From Octopus sinensis (Eukaryota), in NCBI RefSeq assembly GCF_006345805.1, contig NC_042999.1:71982001-72046000 (forward strand): DNA of 64,000 nucleotides, given 5' to 3'. Both the position numbers and the translations under genes were made by a program. The first letter of the stretch is position 1. Every line of letters begins with the position of its first letter. The notes under the pieces are model-generated. The model saw only the letters and a list, made by a program, of their open reading frames with translations, ran no database searches and was not told the DNA's origin. This document shows positions 43,801 to 53,164 of the stretch, piece by piece.

Positions 43801-45202
43801 GAACGTTTCACCTTTGCTTAAGTTCTCAATGGGTTTTGAAAGGAAAGAAATGTTATTTATGTAAGTAGACTATTAACAATTCTTTTATTATGCTAAGTGA
43901 TTTTGATTGTATAGACACACACGCGAATATAGTATGTGTGTGAGTGTGTATGTGTATGTGTGTGCATGTGTGCGTGTATGAGTGTGAACATAGATAGATC
44001 CATATAGCGTATGAATGTGAACATGTATATTGGGAAAAGTGGCACAGACAGACAATCTCATTCACAGGAGAAACGAATACACAGCTGACACAGGCATGCG
44101 CAAGTCTAATTCCTCCTTCAAAACTTCGTGTGTGTGTGTGTATGTGAAAGAATGGTTGTCGTTGTTTAAGTAAATTTCTATTGAACAGCATTGGAGAATT
44201 TTACTTTTGAAACATTTAGGAGAGATTATATGGAAGATTTACCAATAAAGTGGCATCGGAATTGTTTTTTGGGTTGTTGGTTACATAGACAGTTTAATCA
44301 GTAATTTAGAAAGAAAAGGTTTCCTCTAAGTGCCGGAAAAGGAAATTGTCACATTCAGAAATATTTCTAGCGTAACAATATATGACGTGAACTTACGATT
44401 TGCTTCCAAAAATGTTTTCATTGTAGATGTTAGAATTTTATTATTGTCGTTTAGCCTTGCTCGGTCTGAATTATGTATTATCAACGTTATTCAGGTATTA
44501 TTTATCTCAGCTTAGGCTCCCGCAGATGAAACGATTCTGGCCTTCTTTGCAGAAGATGTGTATGGGTGTTTCCACTGCATGGATTGTCTCTATATCTCTG
44601 GTTGAAAGTGATGAGTCCAACATTCATCCTGAGCTAGGAGACGTTCAAGGAAATCAGCTGGGTCTGAAAAGTGAGCGTTTCCCGTCATGTGATCAGCCTG
44701 GTGCACTTTTGGTCAGGTGCCAGATGTGGCAACCACTATGCAGAAACCTTTGTCACACCAAGTTTATTGTGCAGAATATCAACGCCCAGGATATGCTAAT
44801 AGTATTGTCGGTTTGATCTATATAAGCAATCGCCTCTCATCTATTACCATGTGGTGGTCACCATCAATGTTTTCTTCGGGGATGGAAGTTGCAGGACGTC
44901 CAGACGTTGCACTGTTGATAAAGCTGGAGCGTCATCCCCTAATGTAGCCACCATAACAAAATGAATATCCTTTAGGCGTTTACCTTATTTCTGCTGGTAC
45001 TTTATGACATCACGATGCCAAATTATGTCTTTTTTCAATGGAAGTCTCTATTAGTTACTTCTGAAATCTTCTTTGAACAGATAGATGTCAGTTTACGTGG
45101 AAAGAAACAATGCAGTTATTTCATTTTACTCCACCACCTACACCACCAAACGGTATACACAGGTGCTTATAATTATCAAGTACTCACCCCGAATTTCTAT
45201 AT

Positions 45203-45233
<31 letters not shown>

Positions 45234-45318
45234 CATATATATATATACATACATATATATATATATATACATATACATATACATATATATATACATATAT
45301 ATATATACATATACATAT

Positions 45319-45364
<46 letters not shown>

Positions 45365-47509
45365 GGGGAGAGGTGAAAGACAGATGAGACAATTCACAAT
45401 TTCCATAATGTGTTCCTCATATGTATGAAAGATGAGTTTAGGACCACTGATTTGGATAATGGTTGCATGCTTCCGTCCTCCAACAGTTAAAGTGTAAACA
45501 TGTACACCGCTGTAAGCATTGAATTAGATATTTATTTAAGGCTTTCTTTCCTCTGGGAAGACACGACCTTTCTCTGGAGAATTACGAAACCCACATGTAT
45601 GAGAAGAAATATTCTCATATCAATCCTTAGTTTTCTTTGTTGAGATTTGTTGGAATTTTTTAAATGGTAAAATACATAGTTGTATCTGATCAATGATATA
45701 GAATGTGTAGGATTCAGGACACTAAAAAATAATGAAGTGTAATACTTATTGGTATTATTATGGTATTAGACTGATTAATTATCAAATCAATTAAGAAAAA
45801 ATAGCAAGTTAATTTTTTTTTCTCTGAGCACCACAATTCTGATAAATTTGCCTCTAGTATAATCTATCTCTATCAATAGCTGTTCATGAGTATCTTGCTA
45901 GATATGAGCAATATTTTTCCATAAAGTTTAAGAAATTGTCAAGGGGGTTAGAAAGCCTTATTTGTTTCTTCTGTAAAAAAAAATTGTATGAGTGACTTCC
46001 CTCTTGCACCTCTTTCTCACTATTATCCCCATCGTCATCTTCATCATCTTTCCACTTGCATATCAAAGTGTCAAACGTCACAGGCTCTGCGTTAGATGTA
46101 ATTAGTTCATTAACATCTTCATTTGTGACTTGCAAGTAAAATTAATTCTGAAGCCGAAATAATCCCTCTGTGACAACTTCAAGGTTGTCATCAACATTTT
46201 AAAATTTATTAAGAAACCTGAGTATGTCATTATCCTGTAACCCTGCAGTGTCGATATATTTATCGCATCGCAAGCGGCTCCAGTATTATTGATAGCATAA
46301 CACTAAATTTAGTCTCATCCTCCCTACCAGTTGATTGATATCATGTTTAACAATAATAGCCCTTCTTGAAGATTGATATTACTGTTCGGCCCTTTTGCTC
46401 AATTTTTCTTTGTGTTACTTGGAAGCAAAAATACTTCAGATAAAAATAAACATGTTACTTCAGGAATCTTTCAAACGAAGACAGCTTCAGTAACATCGCA
46501 ACACTGCTATGCAAAATAGACCCCTTCTTCAACAGTATCAACGGTAGCTTGAATGAACTTTGTTGTATTTGGTTTATTTTCAATGAATCTCCAAGTAAAT
46601 TTAGCTACTTTTTTTCCTGAACTTACAAAATACATTTGCCTGAAATGTTCAATGTTTATCTCCCAATATGTAAGTTAGTAGATCGCTTTACCTTAAGTTA
46701 TAAGATTCACAGGAGCATATTTTATATTGACTGCCAATACATACGTTCAATGAACATCCCATTTTTTTACATGACTATACCTTATTATTTTGATATAAAT
46801 GTCGTGGAAATTTTGTGTATATATACTTTGTTTGCCCCTTAATTTTGTAAAATACTATTTACTTACTCGTGTTCAAAGCCTTGATTATAGTCGAGTAAGA
46901 TTGGCCATTTTAATGTTTAATAATACACTTATTTAACTTTACATTTATTGAGCCAAGTCATCTTCATAGTATCATCAGTTTAATATTTTGCATTAATTTT
47001 GTAGGATCAATACATAATAAACGTCACGAAAACTAAAATCGCCTTGAAACTCTGCTTTTTGATAATGGCATCGTTGAAGGATATAAATGTCATAAAGTCG
47101 GTTTGTTTACAAACATAAATATGCGACTGGAATCGTTCTGGGAATATTGCATGCTTTGGATTTCCTTCTAAACATGCAGATGGCTTTTTGTTTATTAATT
47201 TTCATAAACGATTGACTCTACTTTAGTTTATTTGGGGAAAAAGTTATAATACATACAAGGTATTTTTTGCATAAAATATATTATTATTGGAGCATTTATA
47301 ACTCTGTGTCAGTAAACATTAATTGGAAAACGGAGAGAAAAAAAGTTTTATGCACTTCAGCAAAAATATACGAATAGCCAAGTTGTTAACATCAGATCAG
47401 CAATAAATAAACTGTCATTTGAAAGGGTTCGAAAGTTGAACGATCAAATCTTGTAGACTACCTGAATGTACTTACATATATACGCATGGATATAAATATG
47501 TATGTGTAT

Positions 47510-47579
<70 letters not shown>

Positions 47580-47780
47580 ATGTATATTTGTATGTGTATC
47601 TTTTCACACACACACACATATATATATAAAGGGAAAGTTTACGAAACTAAACAAAAGACGAAGGTAGGTGGTGTACAAACAAACAGCTGTATTAGTATAG
47701 CGCTCAGGAATAGAAAAAGTCTTTTACGTTTCGAGCCTACGCTCTTCTACAGAAAGGTACACAGAAAAAACATATATGTG

Positions 47781-47812
<32 letters not shown>

Positions 47813-48139
47813 ACATAAGGGACTAAAGCCATCTGAATATGGCTAGGGACAGGGCAGGGTGGTGGGGGTGTTACTGTTGCATTTAGCCCCAGGCGAACAT
47901 CGACGTCACCAGAAAGGCCCGACACCGTCACGGTGTCCTTTAACCTGCAAAGGGAGGTAATTCCCCGATGAAGCGGAAACCACACACGGACCATGGTTTC
48001 AAGGTGTATTGCCTATCGTCGGCGTGTGGTAGGCTTCCGCTTCCTCGACGAATTCTCACTCTGCAGGATATTCATATATAGATTTTCAAGCAAAATACAT
48101 TTGCTGATTTCGAAAATCTGTTCGAAAGCAATATTATTG

Positions 48140-48175
<36 letters not shown>

Positions 48176-48519
48176 GTTCACATGCACATATATGTGTATA
48201 TATGTTATATGTGTATAACATAGATAAATGTATGTTATACACATTTATTAAAGTGCTTGTATGTTTGTCTCTGTGTGTGTATATGATTGTTTTCATTGTA
48301 GCATCGTTACTCCTTTTCAGTTACACGGATGAATATCGGTTCTGCTGCCTTGCAAAAGGAGTCCCTGACTGTAACCCAAAACCTGATGAATTCTCGTCCT
48401 GCGAAGATCTCATGTCGAACTATGTTCTACGTGCCAGCATATGGATATTAGGGATAACTGCTTCGTTTGGAAACGTTATAGTTATAATATGGAGGACGAG
48501 AGACAAAAGAAGTGGGAAG
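6317..48519 (+). CDS. GRL101: LRR-containing GPCR, GRL101/RXFP-like (type C LGR), partial multi-exon CDS join(6317-6428,11034-11105,14847-14918,18897-18968,24060-24131,25690-25761,28271-28342,36790-36861,48321-48519)
   Basis: Hand-spliced, stop-free: [38 protein letters not shown] [234 protein letters not shown]. All introns are GT-AG with matching phases. The hinge FCC...[13 protein letters not shown] and TM1 (LR..IW.LG..A..GN..VI.WR) fit the GRL101/RXFP family. The symbol is family-level only; orthology is not established. Confidence 0.9.
9358..9600 (+). repeat. Long (TCT)n/(TTC)n tract grading into (ATT)n
   Basis: Direct reading; about 215 bp of polypyrimidine trinucleotide repeat. Confidence 0.95.
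9598..10046. mobile_element. ~450-bp interspersed repeat bounded by (ATT)n on both sides
   Basis: Complex sequence flanked by ATT arrays (9575-9600 and 10047-10120) inside the Penelope remnant; family assignment from recall only. Confidence 0.45.
10401..10933. mobile_element. Foldback/MITE-like element with 188-bp inverted arms
   Basis: 10401-10588 is the reverse complement of 10746-10933 with only a handful of mismatches; 157-bp spacer containing (TA)n. Confidence 0.85.
11034..11105 (+). CDS. GRL101: LGR exon: LRR1
   Basis: tttattcAG|t cat ctc gca ggg aac...acc aca ct|GTAAGT, 72 bp, [23 protein letters not shown](L). Confidence 0.8.
11500..12599 (+). mobile_element. Non-autonomous Helitron-like element
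   Basis: 3' end GTGACCC aac GGGTCAC hairpin then gggtagtCTAG|T (12596-12599); internal reiterated tttcgcataaatc..gagata..ggtttt units at ~11620, ~12370 and ~12510. The 5' boundary merges into (TA)n and is uncertain. Confidence 0.55.
13085..13420 (+). mobile_element. Highly degenerate CR1/Jockey-group LINE RT remnant
   Basis: [43 protein letters not shown] resembles ISL.S.ISKVME.AIN...YLE...LL.D.Q.GFR..RS. Confidence 0.55.
13447..13680 (+). mobile_element. 3' end/UTR of the ACAT-associated R4-type LINE (UTR end also at ~38440-38550, minus)
   Basis: ttccagaagtttatcattta..tatatgagcat matches the FQKFII* end at 27.15 kb; ends agaaatcttgaaataaaactgaataatgACATACAT, shared with the reverse complement of 38445-38480. 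Confidence 0.65.
13841..14370 (+). repeat. ~540-bp interspersed repeat between (ACAT)n tracts, copy 1
   Basis: Reverse complement of 37883-38434, roughly 90% identical by eye (first 82 nt differ at one site); carries a TAGGAGAAGGTAACTC-type motif resembling RTE 5' UTRs on the opposite strand. Confidence 0.85.
14847..14918 (+). CDS. GRL101: LGR exon: LRR2
   Basis: taacAG|g gac ata agt aat aat...cag tct ct|GTGAGT, 72 bp, [23 protein letters not shown](L). Confidence 0.9.
16161..16600 (+). mobile_element. Two tandem diverged SINE family A copies; further copies at ~2598-2797 and ~60545-60660
   Basis: gagctggc..cgttaacacg..aaatgcttagcgg..gagttcaaat..gtcgat..aagtaccagttgaaca.tggg..aaatt..tggccttgt.cc.aattttaaa.cattattat occurs twice. 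Confidence 0.7.
17083..17434. mobile_element. Possible hAT-type MITE
   Basis: Left end CAGTGATTCTCAGC, right end GTTGAGATTC (degenerate CAGTGNTTCTCAAC-type TIR); no clear 8-bp TSD. Confidence 0.35.
18897..18968 (+). CDS. GRL101: LGR exon: LRR3
   Basis: ttccccAG|g aat ttg gct gac aac...cgt tct tt|GTAAGT, 72 bp, [23 protein letters not shown](L). Confidence 0.92.
19850..20465. repeat. Inverted repeat with ~250-bp arms (Penelope-like termini)
   Basis: ~19850-20095 versus the reverse complement of ~20205-20465, about 80% identical by eye; arms end in ...ggtcgaaacgatc.tcgtactgaataaagac-type sequence. Confidence 0.8.
20690..20763 (-). ncRNA. Hammerhead motif with damaged stem I; relative with damaged stem II at 32054-32099 (-)
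   Basis: tct-CTGATGA-TGGAATA...TATTCCA-GAAA-CAGCTG-TA/cta versus tct-CTGATGA-tgagata...ttccct-GAAA-CAGGTG-TA/aga; each copy retains the part the other lost. Confidence 0.5.
22106..22148 (-). ncRNA. Minimal type I hammerhead ribozyme motif
   Basis: Minus strand CCAC-CTGAAGA-TTGTC gatcaa GACAA-GAAA-CGATTG-TA/GTGG: 4-bp stem I, 5-bp stem II, near-palindromic stem III, GUA triplet. Confidence 0.7.
24060..24131 (+). CDS. GRL101: LGR exon: LRR4
   Basis: ttttccAG|g aac atc gaa aga aat...agc aca ct|GTAAGT, 72 bp, [23 protein letters not shown](L). Confidence 0.92.
25690..25761 (+). CDS. GRL101: LGR exon: LRR5
   Basis: gtctttcAG|t gat ctc agt aaa cag...cga ttc ct|GTAAGT, 72 bp, [23 protein letters not shown](L). 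Confidence 0.9.
25990..26900 (+). mobile_element. Degenerate Penelope-like RT remnant
   Basis: [21 protein letters not shown] (cf. KIHKP..PGRPIVS), [15 protein letters not shown] (cf. DVKSLYT.IP), [10 protein letters not shown] (cf. RYIDD); many stops. Confidence 0.55.
27010..28030 (-). mobile_element. 3' part of an (ACAT)n-associated R4/Dong-type LINE
   Basis: Minus strand [31 protein letters not shown] (CCHC), [36 protein letters not shown]...TFQKFII*, then 3' UTR and (ACAT)n; an internal (ACAT)n tract at ~27853-27950 interrupts the ORF. Confidence 0.8.
28271..28342 (+). CDS. GRL101: LGR exon: LRR6
   Basis: gttttttAG|a aat ctt tcc ggt aac...tta aca tt|GTGAGT, 72 bp, [23 protein letters not shown](L); also the tail of supplied ORF 28083-28346. 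Confidence 0.92.
29130..29233 (+). repeat. (GAA)n tract 29183-29233, possibly the tail of a 5'-truncated RTE-type LINE
   Basis: GC-rich cagcgctaggactgggaccaggtc directly precedes GAA repeats; tail interpretation is inference. Confidence 0.4.
30130..30420 (+). repeat. Compound (TA)n/(CATA)n/(GATA)n microsatellite, one of many (TA)n, (CA)n and (GA)n tracts
   Basis: Direct reading. Confidence 0.95.
31531..31730. mobile_element. SINE-like repeat family D; inverted fragment at ~22665-22720
   Basis: ctttta.ctgtttcagtcatt..ctgc.g.catgctgg.g.accgc matches the reverse complement of gcagtgctccagtatggccgcagtcaaatgactgag. Confidence 0.55.
32679..33928 (-). mobile_element. Mariner (DD34D-type) DNA transposon, near full length (1250 bp), defective
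   Basis: TIRs CGAGGGGCGTTCAATAAGTAATG (23 bp perfect, ~37 bp imperfect), TA on both sides, inserted in (TA)n. ORF 32922-33698 carries [22 protein letters not shown]. There is a -1 frameshift in the YSPDLAP motif, the third D reads V (SVF), and there are upstream stops. Confidence 0.95.
35161..35350 (+). mobile_element. tRNA-derived SINE family B (CORE-SINE-like); head-only copy at 35818-35860
   Basis: A-box-like TGGCTGTGTGG, B-box-like GGTTCAGTCCC, central CTTGGGCAAGTG resembling the CORE domain, (TA)/(TG) tail. Confidence 0.75.
35574..35648 (-). ncRNA. Type I hammerhead ribozyme motif with long stem II
   Basis: Minus strand CTATG-CTGATGA-t CTTG cg GATGTTTACGT gtccatat ACGTAAATATT aa CAAG t-GAAA-CTAATTAG-TA/CATAG: 5-bp stem I, palindromic stem III, U.U at 10.1/11.1. 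Confidence 0.65.
36790..36861 (+). CDS. GRL101: LGR exon: LRR7
   Basis: atattacAG|a gat ata tca aat aac atg...cat aca ct|GTAAGT, 72 bp, [23 protein letters not shown](L). Confidence 0.92.
37034..37402 (-). mobile_element. SINE family A, inverted, same head plus double-body layout
   Basis: Reverse complement aligns by eye with 42990-43406. Confidence 0.8.
37631..37707. repeat. Near-perfect hairpin, 37-bp arms, 3-nt loop
   Basis: ccgcgacctgttcactgacaaagtccgtgctgcatct-ccg-agatgcagcccggattttgtcagtgaacaggtcgcgg (one G.U, one mismatch). Confidence 0.95.
37883..38434 (-). repeat. ~550-bp interspersed repeat between (ATGT)n tracts, copy 2 (inverted)
   Basis: Reverse complement of 13841-14370 with a 19-bp extra segment. 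Confidence 0.85.
39030..39790 (-). mobile_element. Second 3' fragment of the ACAT-associated R4-type LINE, split by a ~360-bp insertion (~39282-39646)
   Basis: 39070-39281 and 39647-39790 align by eye to contiguous 27150-27540 sequence (ataaacctgaact.gta.tct | ggatagagtaactgcagattt). Confidence 0.7.
40394..40427 (-). ncRNA. Variant-core hammerhead-like motif in a Penelope terminal repeat
   Basis: Minus strand TTT-CTGTAGA-A-GAA cgtggg TTC-GAAA-CGTC/AAA; stem II covaries with the 47.7-kb copy. Confidence 0.5.
42990..43406 (+). mobile_element. tRNA-type SINE family A, one head plus duplicated body
   Basis: GGCGGCGAACTGGCAGAAACGTTAG head, GAGTTCAAATTC B-box-like motif; body cgttctgagttcaaattc..gtaaagaaat occurs twice. 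Confidence 0.8.
44515..45032 (-). pseudogene. Second mariner transposase remnant
   Basis: Minus-strand translation gives [11 protein letters not shown]..., [25 protein letters not shown] (internal deletion) and [40 protein letters not shown], homologous to the 33-kb copy. Confidence 0.85.
45884..46330 (-). pseudogene. Possible pogo/Tigger transposase C-terminal remnant
   Basis: [33 protein letters not shown] resembles the Tigger acidic tail; weak. Confidence 0.3.
47721..47756 (-). ncRNA. Variant-core hammerhead-like motif in a Penelope terminal repeat
   Basis: Minus strand CTTT-CTGTAGA-A-GAG cgtagg CTC-GAAA-CGTA/AAAG. Related copies at 40394-40427 (-) and 59423-59460 (+, decayed). Confidence 0.5.
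48321..48519 (+). CDS. GRL101: LGR exon: LRR C-cap/hinge and TM1 (phase 2 to phase 0)
   Basis: ccttttcAG|t tac acg gat gaa...agt ggg aag|GTGAGC, 199 bp, [66 protein letters not shown]; lies inside supplied ORF 48202-48741. Confidence 0.93.
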
Positions 48520-49250
48520 GTGAGCTTTTGTTTAGATTTGTTTAACTATCTTTTATTTCAGCTTTTTACAACACTAATGATAAAACTATGTTTTGACCAC
48601 AAATTATTCTTATTACCAGGACAACTATCACAGCCTGTGTTATTACAGGTACCACTATCAGTACTACAATCACTACAAGAACTAATGCAGCCCAAACTAA
48701 CATCTTTCTGTAGTCAATCACTGCTTCTTTTAACACTTTAACGACTATTGAAAATACATTAAAATCAGCCACTACAACTACGTTCCCCTCTGTCTACCCA
48801 TCACCACTTCATGACTATATTCACCAAAATAACTTTCACCAGCTGTTCCAATATTAATATTTAGTATTCATTTTCAAATTTATATGATAAATATATTACA
48901 TAATCTATATTATTATACTACAGACATCTGTCTAACGTCATACATATTCCATATACCGTACGCATTCCGCGAATTATATACATGAAACACCATTAAACAC
49001 TGAAGTTATACATCACAACACAATGAGTTTAGCAAGGAAAACTTTCTAGTCATTCGACCGACTAGAAATAGCAGCTAAATTTTCAAATATCAAATCCGAC
49101 CATCTTAACAAAAGAGATGCTTTATAATGTGGTCTCGTTTATTTAAATATAAGAAAAAGACGGAATGAACACCTCTGAATGAAGTACTTTTGATAATAGA
49201 CCCAGCATTTCAGAGGTGACCTGAAGCAAAGTAAGAAAATCTACACTGGG

Positions 49251-49286
<36 letters not shown>

Positions 49287-49292
<6 letters not shown>

Positions 49293-49353
49293 TATGTGTG
49301 TGTGTCTGTGTATAAATATATATAATACATATATACGTGGGCATATATGTATG

Positions 49354-49402
<49 letters not shown>

Positions 49403-49835
49403 GTGTGTGCATACGTGTGCGAGTATTTATGTATTATGTATATTTATGTACATTCACTTATAAGTGCATACAAATACATACATAGTGTCATACACAGGAG
49501 CGCACGCATGTACAATCATTCACATATCTGTGTGTGTGTGTGTGTGTACGTGCGTATATGTGTCTGTAGGTATGTATGCACATAGGTGCCATCAATAAAT
49601 TACCAAAATATACGATAATGAAATTATTGAATTAAATGTTTTCTTCATAATTTATTTTTTAATAATCTCTAAAGCATCACCTAAGGGAATGGGCAACAAA
49701 AGTTTCTAATGTTAATGTATTTCTCAATAGCATTAATTATGTAAGTGAATCCGATTCATAAGAGTATTGAAACTGCTTTGTTTGACGCCGTTGCTTAATG
49801 GGATATGCATACTATTGTACCGTATACCGTAATTA

Positions 49836-49872
<37 letters not shown>

Positions 49873-50423
49873 TATGTGTGTGTGTCTGTGTATAAATATA
49901 TATAATACATATATACGTGGGCATATATGTATGTATATATATATATATATAATATATATATATATTATATATATATATATATATATACATATGTGTGTGC
50001 ATACGTGTGCGAGTATTTATGTATTATGTATATTTATGTACATTCACTTATAAGTGCATACAAATACATACATAGTGTCATACACAGGAGCGCACGCATG
50101 TACAATCATTCACATATCTGTGTGTGTGTGTGTACGTGCGTATATGTGTCTGTAGGTATGTATGCACATAGGTGCCATCAATAAATTACCAAAATATACG
50201 ATAATGAAATTATTGAATTAAATGTTTTCTTCATAATTTATTTTTTAATAATCTCTAAAGCATCACCTAAGGGAATGGGCAACAAAAGTTTCTAATGTTA
50301 ATGTATTTCTCAATAGCATTAATTATGTAAGTGAATCCGATTCATAAGAGTATTGAAACTGCTTTGTTTGACGCCGTTGCTTAATGGGATATGCATACTA
50401 TTGTACCGTATACCGTAATTACC
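49287..50423 (+). repeat. Direct tandem duplication, period ~580 bp
   Basis: 49287-49837 and 49867-50423 appear identical outside microsatellite lengths; units are bounded by (CA)n. Confidence 0.95.
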
Positions 50424-50499
50424 ACACACACACACACACATATATATATATTCAAACATATATAATATTATATAAGACACACACATACACACACACACT

Positions 50500-50552
<53 letters not shown>

Positions 50553-50631
50553 TAATATTTATGTGCGTGTATACATATACATATATATGTGTGTGTGTTT
50601 TGTGTGCGTGTGTCATGGGTGCGGGTTTGTA

Positions 50632-50676
<45 letters not shown>

Positions 50677-51278
50677 ACGAGGTGAATAATTTCCTTTCAA
50701 TAAACAAAAATCAATATCACACTAAAGAAACGTGAAGAAATAAAAACAAAACTATTTCATCAATGGAAATCAGTATTATATCTCAGAAAATTCTCAAATT
50801 CGCAGTTGAAGATATTGCTTTTGGCATAAACCACTAATACTCTTAGAAAGAGCATGAAAATCACAAATTCTCATTTTCTGACATACATACTAAAGTCCAA
50901 GGCATTGTTCTGTTACGAAATAATCAATAGTCATCCGATGAATAAAATGCTATAGCGATGCAAGAACTGCATCTTAAGCTGACAGAAACAAGAGCAGATT
51001 TAGGCAAATATTTAAGAATAAAAAAAAAACGTAGGTTCACAAATTGCATTGGAATAATTCATAAGGTAGACATTCAACATTACTTTGGATACGTTGAATA
51101 AGATTTTATCCATTTCCTGGAAGTTTCAAATTCAGCTTTCGACAAATCGATAAAATTAATGTATGAAGTTCGCTTCCCCTCTTCGTTTGTGCACTCCGTT
51201 GCTCATACTAACTTACTTACATACATATACCTATATATATACACACACACATATATATATATGTATGTGTGTATGTAT

Positions 51279-51325
<47 letters not shown>

Positions 51326-51389
51326 TATATATATATATATATGCATGTGTCTCTGTGTATGTATATGCTATATGCATATATATACATAC

Positions 51390-51470
<81 letters not shown>

Positions 51471-52010
51471 GGAGTTAAGTTAATTGTGATTAAAGTATCA
51501 CCTCTCCAGTCTTTTGAATAAAAATGTTTGAATACGCCCTGTGAAGGATAACTTGAAATCTCAGTGAACCTATACACAAACGCACACACACTCACACACG
51601 TACACACACATTCACACACACACACACACATACACACACATAGTCATACGCACATGCATACAGTATCACATACGAGTAAGCCTTTGATCTCGTTTCTTTC
51701 TTTTTTTCTATCAACGAACTGCAACAATGATGGTGTACGGCAGTAAGATTTTCATTCCTTTAATCAACTATATCGACTCTAACACTTATTTCAGTTTGGT
51801 ACACATTTTAGCGATCTCTACTTGTCGAACCACTAGCGTGTGAGATAAAGAGATGCGTCACAGATAAGAGCATAAACAGTGGAACCAGTACACACATACA
51901 CTCATTCAAACACGCAAATAAATAGAGAAACATATGTAGAAACATATTTACATATACGAATATATGGCCATGCGTATATACATGAACACACACACACACG
52001 CACACACACA

Positions 52011-52050
<40 letters not shown>

Positions 52051-52052
<2 letters not shown>

Positions 52053-52372
52053 CCTGTGGCTTGGTAGTTAGTAGTATTAAGCTCACGTTCGTAAGGTCGT
52101 CAGTTCGATTCCCGCCGCCGAGTTATGGTCTTGAGCAAGACACTTTATTTAACGTCGCTACAGTTAACTCACCTGGAAAAAATGAATCGTACCTGCATTT
52201 CAAAGTGCCAACATTGTCACATTCTGTGTCACGTTAGATGACCCTGAAAACTGCATTAAGGTTATGCGTATTTGTGGAGTGGTCAGTCACTTGCACGTTA
52301 ATTTCACGAGCAGGCTGTTCGCTGACAGGATCAACTGGAACCTTCGTCGTCGTAAATGACAGAGTGCCAGTT
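52051..52372 (+). mobile_element. tRNA-derived SINE family C; truncated copy at 41582-41690
   Basis: TGGCTT.GT.G..GTTCGATTCC A/B boxes followed by TCTTGAGCAA.ACA.TT.ATTT in both copies. Confidence 0.65.
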
Positions 52373-52374
52373 AT

Positions 52375-52443
<69 letters not shown>

Positions 52444-52609
52444 ATATATTTAAATATTATTTTTTAGGGAATAACAATTCCGGCATAACAGAGGTTCAAA
52501 TTATTCTCAATGAAGAAATATATTTTGATTTAGAGATAGTATACCCCTACTTCTCACCAAATAAAAAGAATTTTTATTTTTATTTTAAATATCTACTGTT
52601 TTATTCCTT

Positions 52610-52704
52610 GGCTACACGTGTTTCATGAGGTACATCCTTGGGTTCCTAAACCGCTCCGTGTTTCCCTGGAACCCCTCTCAATATGCCACCCCAATCATCA
52701 GGCC
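52610..52704 (-). ncRNA. Type I hammerhead ribozyme motif with long stem II
   Basis: Minus strand GGC-CTGATGA-t TGGGGTG..GGGTTCC..AAAC..GTTT..GGAACCC..TACCTCA t-GAAA-CACGTG-TA/GCC, then AATAAA: 3-bp GC stem I, palindromic ACACGTGT stem III, U.U at 10.1/11.1. Confidence 0.6.
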
Positions 52705-53164
52705 CTTATACCTTTATCAACGTTCAATACAATAAACTATATTTTAATTTTTAAATCCCATAAATATTTGCAAATTAAATATGTTTAAATTAGGTATGTT
52801 TAGTTTCGCTGGACTCTACAGTACAAGCCATAATTCAGATAAAAATTCAAATAAAGATAAGTTACAGAAATAAAAGTTACATGAATAAAGTAAGGAATAA
52901 ACATCACAAAAAATATTTTAAGATTTACAAAAACTATGTTAGTTATATATAGTGTTCCAAATATAATTAAATTTACAAATACTATTTTCATAATATACAA
53001 AAAAATGTGAATAAAAACGAAAGGAATAGGAATAAAAGTAAATACGAGTAAAAAAATAATAAAAATAAAATAAAAATAAAAATAAAGTTAGCAACGAAAA
53101 TATACACGAATAAAAGTTAATAAACATGGAGGCAATTATGAAGAGATAATTTCAAATAAAAAAT

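Noticed and set aside
48520-48850. Extension of ORF 48202-48741 past the TM1 exon, and a Thr-rich-looking ACT-repeat region
   Set aside because: A strong GTGAG donor at 48520 ends the homology; downstream is decayed trinucleotide repeat
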